In this document: positions 37,427 to 46,727 of the stretch, piece after piece
Layout: every line of letters starts with the position of its first letter
How positions within the stretch are numbered: the stretch's first letter is position 1
Assembly (NCBI GenBank): GCA_964447465.1
Contig: CAYUTR010000003.1
Span: 1 to 50,735 of the forward strand
Source: an uncultured Chryseobacterium sp.
Lineage (GTDB): Bacteria; Bacteroidota; Bacteroidia; Palsa-965
Direction of reading: 5' to 3'
Length of the DNA: 50,735 nt
Made by a program: the position numbers and the translations under genes
Notes under the pieces: generated by a model
What the model was told of the DNA's origin: nothing
The model's database searches: none
Seen by the model: the letters and a program-made list of their open reading frames with translations, nothing else

Positions 37427-37469
37427 ACCCCCGTATTTATACGGGTAAAATCCCGTATAAATACGGGGG
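37427..37469. promoter_or_regulatory. 43-bp double-palindrome operator
   Basis: ACCCCCGTATTTATACGGGTAAAATCCCGTATAAATACGGGGG, identical to 38109-38151. Confidence 0.85.
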
Positions 37470-37490
37470 CGCAAAACACATATTTGCTCT

Positions 37491-37600
37491 TTTGTGCCAA
37501 CACATAACGCGAAGCTGCGGCTGAGTTCATCGTCCGAACGATTCCCGCAGGATTAATAATGGCAGAAGGACGGTAATACCGTCCTTCTGCTTTTCTCTTT
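37491..37600 (+). ncRNA. Candidate small RNA divergent from the operator
   Basis: CATATTTG box at 37479-37486, nested stems, and a perfect terminator stem (37562-37590) with a T-rich tail on the plus strand. Confidence 0.4.
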
Positions 37601-37643
37601 CCGGATTGGCTCTCCGGATGTTATGTCTATTAGCTGAAATTCC

Positions 37644-37973
37644 TCATATGTTTCTCCACGCGCCAGCTAAAACTCCGGTAGTCCCGCAATATGGTGGACA
37701 CGGACGGATGCGTTCAACTATCACTCCGTTTTCCAAGTCCTCCTCATCAGCATTGACACCCACCAGCACAAGACTCTTTTTTCCGTCTTCAATTGCATAA
37801 TAAATTCTGATCCCAACGCATCCGGTTTGATTCAGAATACTGTTGACTTTGTTTACACCAACTGTGTGAGCCCGTACTTCCTCTTCATCGGGGTTCTCTG
37901 TACTCCAGTTTATGAGCCATGATTCAGCGTCTTCTAGAGAAACTACTTCTCCTTCATTTCCATCAAATGCCAT
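37644..37973 (-). CDS. Small PCPPxC protein, copy 2
   Basis: MAFDGNEGEV...GCVGIRIYY...ERIRPCPPYC. Confidence 0.88.
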   Translation of the reverse strand: MAFDGNEGEVVSLEDAESWLINWSTENPDEEEVRAHTVGVNKVNSILNQTGCVGIRIYYAIEDGKKSLVLVGVNADEEDLENGVIVERIRPCPPYCGTTGVLAGAWRNI

Positions 37974-38108
37974 AATAGTTTTGTTTTAGGTGGTTAATAA
38001 ATGATTTGCTTGAAATGAAAGATAGTTCAATTCACCGATTACTGCAATGCAAAAAGGCTTTCGTACTTCAATTATTTTCAGACTGTTGTCGAAAAAAACA
38101 TACATAAC

Positions 38109-38172
38109 ACCCCCGTATTTATACGGGTAAAATCCCGTATAAATACGGGGGTGCAAAAAAGGGTATTAGTAC
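38109..38172. promoter_or_regulatory. Second copy of the 43-bp operator plus a degenerate third core
   Basis: Identical 43-mer at 38109-38151; GTATTAGTAC at 38163-38172. Confidence 0.85.
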
Positions 38173-38251
38173 TCTTGTAGCAACACACAATGCTAAAGTA
38201 CATTTGAATTCAAAGTTCAGATGTGATTACTTCGATAGACTCAGTACAGGC

Positions 38252-38446
38252 ATGGAGAGCAACGAGCATTTACGTGGACACCACATCAACATCAATAAAT
38301 CGCGCGAAGTGATGTACTGGTCCTATATGCTGGAGTGTGAGAAAGAAGATCTCATCAACGCGGTTGTCCGCATCGGCACCTGTGCAAAAATGGTAGATGA
38401 CTATCTCGTGATGAACCGCAGAAAAATTTCTTCGAATGGCCAATAG
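38252..38446 (+). CDS. DUF3606-like small protein
   Basis: ININKSREVMYWS..L......L.NAV.RIG; TACATTTG promoter box at 38199-38206. Confidence 0.65.
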   Translation: MESNEHLRGHHININKSREVMYWSYMLECEKEDLINAVVRIGTCAKMVDDYLVMNRRKISSNGQ

Positions 38447-38783
38447 AACTTCTGCCGGCGTTGCGTTCGACGATGATGTTGTTCAGAAAATATGGGAGAA
38501 GGCGCGACCGATTGCCGGACAAGATCCTGCACGCGTTCGTAAAGACATCTGCGGCGCCATCATTCATCGCGAAGATTTTAATCGCCAATCAAAAATACTT
38601 TCATTCGGTTGGGAAATCGATCACATCAAGCCGCTTTCAAAAGGCGGAACAGACGATTACTATAATCTGCAACCACTTCATTGGGAAAACAATCGCGGCA
38701 AAGGAGATGAACATCCTTCGTGGAATTGTTTGGTGCAGGGAGATGAAAAAGAGAATGGGTATGTGAGGGTGGTGAGCGGCTAA
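38436..38783 (+). CDS. HNH endonuclease
   Basis: KDICGA...GWEIDHIKPLSKGGTDDYYNLQPLHWENNRGKG. Confidence 0.9.
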   Translation: MANRTSAGVAFDDDVVQKIWEKARPIAGQDPARVRKDICGAIIHREDFNRQSKILSFGWEIDHIKPLSKGGTDDYYNLQPLHWENNRGKGDEHPSWNCLVQGDEKENGYVRVVSG

Positions 38784-39001
38784 TAGTCGAAATCAAAAAA
38801 ATCTTTCAGCGGAACATCCAAAGCTTTACTGAGTTTCAGAAAAGTTGATGCCGTAATATTTTCCGTTCCTCCTTCCAATCTTGCTAAAGCTGAACGCTCC
38901 ATGTTACAAAGATCTGCGAGGCTTTGTTGCGTCATCTCGCGCTCCTTTCTTAATGAGGCGATACGCTTTCCCAGTAACTGAAAAAATTTCTTTTCCTGCA
39001 T
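38780..39001 (-). CDS. XRE-family HTH regulator
   Basis: MTQQSLADLCNMERSALARLEGG; paralog of 14900-15121. Confidence 0.9.
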   Translation of the reverse strand: MQEKKFFQLLGKRIASLRKEREMTQQSLADLCNMERSALARLEGGTENITASTFLKLSKALDVPLKDFFDFDY

Positions 39002-39350
39002 CCTTGCATCCGATGGATGAGATCAAGGTGTGGGGTTTTAGAAAAAACATTGGTAACCCATAGGTTACAGTTGATAAAATTCAATAGATTGCATCGTAAA
39101 TGTGACCACTTGTGAAGTAATTGCTTGCGCCGGTGGTTTTCTCCTGGCTTTAACTAATCGAGGTTATACATTGCACTTATTCAGCCTTCATCCCACACTA
39201 GCGATCTGTGTAAAGAAGCGTATGCTCCAGTTGCTGAGTTTACAGCGGAAGAATAATGTGAGGAATCAAAAAGTGATTAGTTCTTTGAGCCGGCTTAGCG
39301 CACCACAACACTGTACATATTATCAAGTCATAACCCTAAACCACTCCATC

Positions 39351-42300
39351 ATGAAAAAACGAATCAGCAGAATTGGTAGTATAGCTCTACTTCTATTCGC
39401 CATTCTCTGTTACACACAACGCGTTCAGGCGCAAACCTGCGCGACGCCTTTGGCTCTAATGATTAACAACTGCGGTAGCTATTCCGTTAGCGATTCTATC
39501 GTTTGGCTATCGTTCAATTCCGGCAGCAGCAGCTCGTGGTGCAATATCAGTGTTACCGCAACGAGTGGCTCTGCCTCGATTACAGGAGCAGAACTATACA
39601 CCGGAACGTGTACTTCGCTGACACTGGTTCAATCAGGAAATAGTGATATAGAAGGATTCCTGATCAGATCAAGTGTTTCTGCATCGACGAATTATCTTTT
39701 AAAAGTGATACGATCAAATTCTGGCAGCGGTCAGGTTTATGTCTGTGCAAACGCAACCTCAACGTTGTTGCCATGTCCTCCATGCCCTGATTCATTATGT
39801 CAACTCGTTTGCAACCCGGATTTGGAATCATACCCTAACTCTACAACGGGTCAAGCCCCAGCCAATTTTGATTCGACTAATGTTTGCGGCGGCTGGAGAA
39901 CGCCGGGTGTTGGAACTCCAGATTATTTTAAATTCGGATTTCCCACAGTAGTTGACACAAGTAACTTTGCCGGTACAGAAGCGCCACATTCCGGAGACTC
40001 ATACGCTGGTATTTACTGCTACTACAACACCAACGCATTGTCTCGTGAATACATTCAACACCATCTGCAACAACCGCTCCTCGCAGGAGAATATTACACT
40101 TTAACTTTCTGGGTTAGTCTCGCGGATTGTTCCGGCTTTGCCGTTAATGATGTAGGTGCATATATTTCCAGCGTACGACCTAATCAGCAACCAAATCCTT
40201 CAGTTTTCAACTTGACGCCACAAGTTATTGCCAGCGCCACAATTTCAGATACCAGCGATTGGGTAATGATCAGCGGAACATTTCAAGCAGTTGGAGGAGA
40301 GCTATGGATAACAATAGGTTCCTTCGGCAATGCTCCTCAAGTGCAAACCGCAATGCCGGGACCTCTTCCGGCGCCACCGTTTCCATTTCCAACTGTCAAC
40401 ACGAATCCGAATGTGGGTGCATACTATTACATCGATGACGTAACGTTAGAATATTATCCCGATCCTACTTTCACATGGTCGGGCACATGCAGAATGTTTT
40501 TCGTTGATAGCACTGAATGTGTTGATACCAGCTATGTCCATCACTGGAATTTTGGTGATCCGGCTTCCGGGGCAAACGATAGTTCCGCGTTACAGAACCC
40601 AATGCATATTTTCACACAGACCGGTATTCCGTATGCGGTTACTCATACAATCACAAGTCCGAACGGTCCGGTATTTACTTATACGGCTACAGTCATTCAG
40701 CCCGGCGGTCCAACAGCAAACATAGTCGGTTATCAAACCAACAATTGCGGAAACGGGTTTATCACTTACACGGCAAGTCCATGTGTACCGGGAATTGTTT
40801 ACGACTGGTCGGCCTCAATTCCAACGGACAGTTTGAGTGATACCAAGGGATGCTCAACGAATGTACATTGGATTAGCGCAGGTGGCTATCTCTATCTCTC
40901 GGCATGGGATTCCATAAACGATTGTTATGGATTTGATACGTTATACATACCGGGTTGTTGCCAGTTGCAGACACTATACACGATCAGTAACACAAGCGCA
41001 TCGGCAGTATTGAGCAGCGCTGCGTTCTCTGCATGCATCACGGCTCCAAACACAATTGATGGTCCTTGCAGCGGAAATGACATCATGATCTCCGGTGTGT
41101 TCACGATTGATGTACCTCTTACATTCCTGAATTGTAATTACATCAGCCTGTCGCCAAACACAGTTATCATCGTAAATCCAGGTCAGACACTTACGTTAGA
41201 CAATTGTACGCTCTCAGTTAAATGCGACACGATGTGGGATGGGATTTACCTGACAAATGTGTTTTCGACTGTGAATATCATTAACACATCAGTCATTCAA
41301 CAGGCGAAGAATGCAGTAGTCTCGAACAGCGGTGGAAAATACTTTATTGAAAACTCCACATTCCAAAACTGTTATAGAGACATTGTCGTGAATGCCTACA
41401 GTGGCACTCATCCCGGCGTTGTGCGTTCCACTGATTTTGTAATGAATGGACCGCTCTGGCCTGCGATTCCAGCACTTCCATTCGCGCACAACAGAACAAT
41501 TTGCGCCATCGAGATCTACGACAACGTTGACATCACTATCGGCGATGCAACAACAGCTGCAAATCGCAACCGATTCAACAATGTTGCTGTCGGAGTGCGG
41601 TCCAATAACTCGATTACAAAGGTGATCAACGGACGCTTCACAAACATCATTGGTAATGTCATAATTCCCAATGCTGGAACAGGTGTTGTTGCAAACGGTC
41701 ATAAGAATGTAACGTATCAACCTGCCATTACAGTTGGTGGTGTTGGATTAAATAGCTGTGCGTTCACGACTATGCGTATCGCTGTCGATGTCTTCGACCT
41801 GGTGCACGTCAGTATTCTTAATAACAACATTTCGGAGATACGATTGTATGGTGTTCGTGTTCAACGAGCGAATTCGCGGAACATTGCTATTAATGACAAC
41901 GATATTGCGAACAATTCGGTGACGTATGGATTCAATACAGGGATTTTGCTACTTGAATGTTACGACGCGACAGTGAACATTAATCTGAATTCCATTTTGC
42001 AAACGGGGAATACCACGTCCAACTATGCTTCTCAGATTGGAACAGGTATTCGTGTTGCGTGTGTGTCTCCGGCTGATATGACAGTAAATATTCAGAGTAA
42101 CCAAACAATCAGCAGGGTTCGGACGGGTATCTGGGTGCAGAATCTCGTTGGCAAGAACAAAGTGTTCATTGGCGGTAATTCGATCGCCTTCACAAAACCA
42201 AACGGAGCTTACACAATTGCTCATTATGGAATTCGCTTGGAAGGTTGCGCAACTGTTCGATGTGATACCAACAATGTGAGCAAAGCTGCCACGACCGGTC

Positions 42301-43497
42301 TACCGACCGCAGGAATGGTTCAGCGACTGCGAGGGATCAGTATTGAGAACAGCCCGGTGACTTATGCAATTGATAATATTTTCACAAGGTTGGGCAGCGG
42401 CATTTTCGGGTGGGAAACTTCCTCGGGAAGTACACTTGCCTGCAACACAATGAACCGTTGTTATAACGGAGTGTTCTTTACTGGCGGTGCTGCAACGGGT
42501 TTTCAGTGTGACATCGGAGATCAAATTCTTGACCCAAACAATACTCCAGCATCGACGGGGAACGTTTGGAATAATACCGTTTCATTAATTAATGATTTAA
42601 ATGGTAATGTTTCGCCAACAATTAGCTGGCGCTATCATACAGTAACTCCACCAACTGCGGTGGGAACAAACGGTATTAATTTAGTCTTTGATTCATATAA
42701 TGCTTGCGGTATATTTTTCTTGTTACCTCAGCAAGTAGAGCGGGACAGGCAGGTTGGTGTTGCGTTACGATCTGCTTCTGATACGAACACAACTGCGGAG
42801 AACCGCCACTTGCTTCATCGTTATGCGCATCGTAAATTAACACAAACACCAGCGTGGTTAAGCCTCGGCTTCCCGGACGACACGCTGTACCAAAATTTCT
42901 TTAACAGCTATAATCCGACGAACGTGGGAACATTGCGCCAAATTGAAATTGCTGCCGACTCCGGCGGTTTTCAGTTTGTTGCTTCTGCGTGTAATTCACT
43001 TGCATGTTCTAACGTGCCAGAACATAACGTGAAAGTTGTTTATGGCATTTATGCAGCAACATGGATGCAGGGTATAGCAGAATTTACTTCGGCAGATTCC
43101 GCTACACTTCTGAACATTGCGCAGCAAGACCCTATAGAAGGTGGTACTGCAGTTTACAGCGCGCAGGTGATGCTCGATCTTGAAATAGACTATTACGGCG
43201 GCAGTTCACAACGCATAGGACAGGAAAATTCAAGTCATGCAACCCAAAGCGAGTTGAACGTCTACCCGAATCCTGCAAACGCATCGGTGAAACTGGAGTA
43301 CGGTGTTGACGAAGGACAAAGCGCACAGGTCGAGATTTACGATCTGGGTGGCAAACTCGTCCTCAGTCAGCAGCTTCCGCCGCAACAAGACGTTTACACG
43401 GTTGAAACGGCAGTTCTGACGGGTGGGTGTGTACATGATCCGTGTTGTGGTGGGTGATGAGGCGACCGAAAGTCAGCGCCTTGTGATCGTTAAATAA
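39351..43497 (+). CDS. Large secreted protein (PKD-like plus beta-helix repeats) with a T9SS domain; frameshifted near 43425
   Basis: Signal peptide MKKRIS; GTPDYF, SREY, WNFGDP; VYPNP; the canonical CTD ending GVYMIRV...QRLVIVK is in the +1 frame. Confidence 0.85.
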
Positions 43498-43565
43498 CTT
43501 AACTTTGGTAAAAGGCGTATAAACAGTAGGTTCCGGGTGAAATTGCCCGGAACCTGCTTTCTAAA

Positions 43566-44528
43566 ATGAAAGCACGATTTATTTTTATTGCTGCACTATT
43601 TCCCCTTCTTTCGACGGGGCAGGTGAACATTGTTCCCAATCCGAGCTTTGAGGACACGTTACGGTGCTCGTCTGATACATCTGTTGTGAAGACGAAAAAG
43701 TGGTATCGACCTAGTGCGTGCGGTACACCTGACTTTTACTATCCATTACAAATCAATGGTGGTTGTGTTGCACACTTTCCTCAAAGTTGGGGTGGTGGGG
43801 ATTATTCTAATATGCGTGGTTATCAAGCACCACGAACAGGGATAGCTTATGCTGGTTTTGTGTTAAGTCTAGGCGATGAACTCATGGCAGTTCCTCTTAC
43901 TGATTCTATGATCCCCGGAAAATATTATGTAGTGAGTTTTTATACTTCGTTGGCCGAAGTTTCTGTTTCTGGACTCGATCAGATTAATGTTTGCTTCATG
44001 CAGGACAGCGTAACAGATTTTAACGGGGCTACTTGCTGGTCGTATCTAGGTACTTTGCACGTTGATGCCGGAAATCAAGCTGGCACCATTATCACTGATA
44101 CTATCTCTTGGGTGCTCGTGCAGGACACATTTATTGCTGAGGGGGGAGAACGCTACATGATTATTGGGAACATTGACACGGCGGGAACTCAATACTCGAA
44201 TGCACAAATCGGCTCTTACTACTACTTCGACGATTTCGACGTTCATTGCATTGATTGCACATCTGACACCCCGGAACCGCCAGCTTATCCTGAATTTTCA
44301 CTTGCACCGAATATTACCAGTGGGCAAATTACCCTTAGCGGAAATTTTCCGGCAGGTACGCAATTCGAAATTTTCAATATGCTGGGCCAACGAGTCTTTT
44401 ATAACGAAATCCCAAGTGGGAATAATTCACTAAACGTGCTCCTGACTTTAGCGAATGGAACGTACACGTATCGTTTGCAGTCTGGTGACAATTCTTTGAA
44501 AACCGGAAAGTTGATTATTGCTCAATAG
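43566..44528 (+). CDS. Secreted T9SS type A protein
   Basis: Signal peptide, NPSFED, GTPDF, YYYFDD, GTYTYR...GKLIIAQ. Confidence 0.9.
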   Translation: MKARFIFIAALFPLLSTGQVNIVPNPSFEDTLRCSSDTSVVKTKKWYRPSACGTPDFYYPLQINGGCVAHFPQSWGGGDYSNMRGYQAPRTGIAYAGFVLSLGDELMAVPLTDSMIPGKYYVVSFYTSLAEVSVSGLDQINVCFMQDSVTDFNGATCWSYLGTLHVDAGNQAGTIITDTISWVLVQDTFIAEGGERYMIIGNIDTAGTQYSNAQIGSYYYFDDFDVHCIDCTSDTPEPPAYPEFSLAPNITSGQITLSGNFPAGTQFEIFNMLGQRVFYNEIPSGNNSLNVLLTLANGTYTYRLQSGDNSLKTGKLIIAQ

Positions 44529-44585
44529 TTGTTCTCCTCCTTTGGCAGGTTGCTAGCTATTTTCAAGGAACCTTCTTTTAAAAAT

Positions 44586-45583
44586 ATGAAAGCCGTATCA
44601 CTTTGTTTGCGTTGCTTTTACCCTTTCTTAGCGCAGGGCAGGTTAATCTTGTGCGAAATCCAGGTTTTGAGGATACGTTACGTTGCCCCTCTGATAGCAC
44701 GATAACAAAAGCAAAAGTTTGGTATCGACCATCGGCTTGCGGGACACCGGATTATTTTTACCCTACTATGACCGGTAACATCGGCTGTATCGATCAAATG
44801 ATATTATTTAATTCTTGGGGCGGCGGCGGCTACGGTCCTGCAAATAACAACTGGGGCACACAATTTCCTAATACGGGTATTGCTTATGCTGGCATGGCAG
44901 TGGCTGGAGGTACAGAACTTATGGCTGGAAAATTAAGCGATTCATTACAAGCCGGGAAGACTTATGCTGTCAGTTTTTACACATCATTGGGTGAGACTTA
45001 TTACAGTCAAGGAGCGCATGGCTTAGACTTAATTAGTTTCTGTTTTATGCAGGATAGTATTGTCGATTATGATCAATGGACCTGTTGGTCTTATCTTGGA
45101 ACTCTTCATGTAGATGCCGGGAATCAATCTGGAAATTTTTTGACAGACACACTCGGTTGGACGCTTGTTCAAGACACTTTTGTTGCCGAAGGAGGGGAAC
45201 GCTTTTTTGTATTTGGCAACATTGATACTGCAAATACACAATATGTAAATTCCGCAACCGGAACCGCGTGTTACTATTTTTTCGACGACTTCGATGTTCA
45301 TTGCATTGATTGTACTTCTGACACTTCGGAGCCACCAACTTATCCGGAAATTTCTGTAACGCCAAGTATTACCAGTGGTGAAATAACACTCAGCGGAAAT
45401 TTCCCAGACGCAACAAAGTTTGAGGTTTACAATATATTAGGACAAAAAGTTTTTTATGACGAATTACAAACCGGAAACCAATCGCAAACTTTGTTTTTGA
45501 CTTTAGCAGATGGTTCCTACTTGTATCGTGTGCATGCCGCCGGCACAACCCTGAAAACCGGTAAAATTGTTGTCGCTCATTAA
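44586..45583 (+). CDS. Tandem paralog T9SS protein; apparent 1-nt deletion at codon 3
   Basis: Highly similar to 43566-44528; the ATG at 44586 is out of frame with the body. Confidence 0.8.
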
Positions 45584-45646
45584 TCGAATAAATGATTGAG
45601 TTCGTTTTGGAGATTGGTGTCCTTAACATGAAACCATGCCGTCACC

Positions 45647-46591
45647 TCAATACTCCCTCCTCCAAAAAACAAATTCCCCGCCTTCATCTCCTTCTAGTTT
45701 CAGATGCCCATACCGCGGAGCCTGTTCTGTATCCTGGTAAACTTTTGCATTCACATCTGCTGCAAGTTCAAGCACCGTAAAAGGTGTTTGTCTGTCCTTG
45801 AGAAATTCATAGATGTGTAATGCAAACGGACTGTGATCATCTTTCCCATCTGTAACAGGCTTGAGTCTTCCGGATGAATAAGCTTCACGCGAAGGGATTT
45901 GCTGAATTTCATGATACATCGACCACTTTACCTGTTCATCGGGAGTGAACCCGGGGAACTGCGTCACGTTCACGTTAATCACAACAGCGCTGTCTCCTCG
46001 GTCGGCTATGGTTGCAACTGTTGGTGCAGGTTTGGATTTGCGGTCATCGAAAATAGTTGAGCCGTAACATGCGTCTACAAACAACACAATGTGCATCGCC
46101 GAACTGTTCACAATTCCGTTGAGTTTTAAATCCATGCACGATACCAATGAAGTTGCATCGCGTCCTCCGTCGCACGGAATCCAGAATCCAATGCGCGTAT
46201 CCGGATGCTGATATCCGTGACCGGCGAAATAAATAATCAGGTTATCGCTATCCCGGACTTTCAACGCAAGAAACCGGAGTGTGTCCAGAATGTTCTCCCG
46301 CGTTGCAAGCGAATCTACAAGCAGGATGCTGTGTTTCGGAGAGAACTGGTATTCTGTTGTAAGCGTGGAGTGAATGTACTCCATGTCTCCGCGTGCATTA
46401 CGCAGATCTTTCCACACTGCATTCGAATCGTAGTTGCTGATGCCAATTCCAAGAAACCAATTCACCGATGTGCGATCCGGAAACATTCCTGCACGCGATA
46501 ACAATGTCTGATTACGCGCAAGACCGTCACTTGCGTTTGCCAATGCGACAAACACAACGATCAATCCGAAAAAACATTTCGCAACGCGCAT
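45647..46591 (-). CDS. Secreted caspase-family (C14) peptidase
   Basis: Signal peptide; LGIGISNY, YFAGHG, VDACYG, HSPFA. Confidence 0.9.
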   Translation of the reverse strand: MRVAKCFFGLIVVFVALANASDGLARNQTLLSRAGMFPDRTSVNWFLGIGISNYDSNAVWKDLRNARGDMEYIHSTLTTEYQFSPKHSILLVDSLATRENILDTLRFLALKVRDSDNLIIYFAGHGYQHPDTRIGFWIPCDGGRDATSLVSCMDLKLNGIVNSSAMHIVLFVDACYGSTIFDDRKSKPAPTVATIADRGDSAVVINVNVTQFPGFTPDEQVKWSMYHEIQQIPSREAYSSGRLKPVTDGKDDHSPFALHIYEFLKDRQTPFTVLELAADVNAKVYQDTEQAPRYGHLKLEGDEGGEFVFWRREY

Positions 46592-46727
46592 GTTATTTAC
46601 TTTTTTCATACTCAGCACAGATCGCAAAGCGATCCGCCGTGCCGCGTGGGTTTAGTACTTCTCCGTTTCGCCGTCTCTCCGTGTAGAAGCGAGCTTGTCC
46701 TGAGCGTAGTCGAAGGGCAGGCAGCCA

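Noticed and set aside
46695-46718. REP-like fragment TTGTCCTGAGCGTAGTCGAAGGGC, with a related remnant near 38229-38250
   Set aside because: Isolated remnants of a common Bacteroidota repeat type; no associated transposase in the window.
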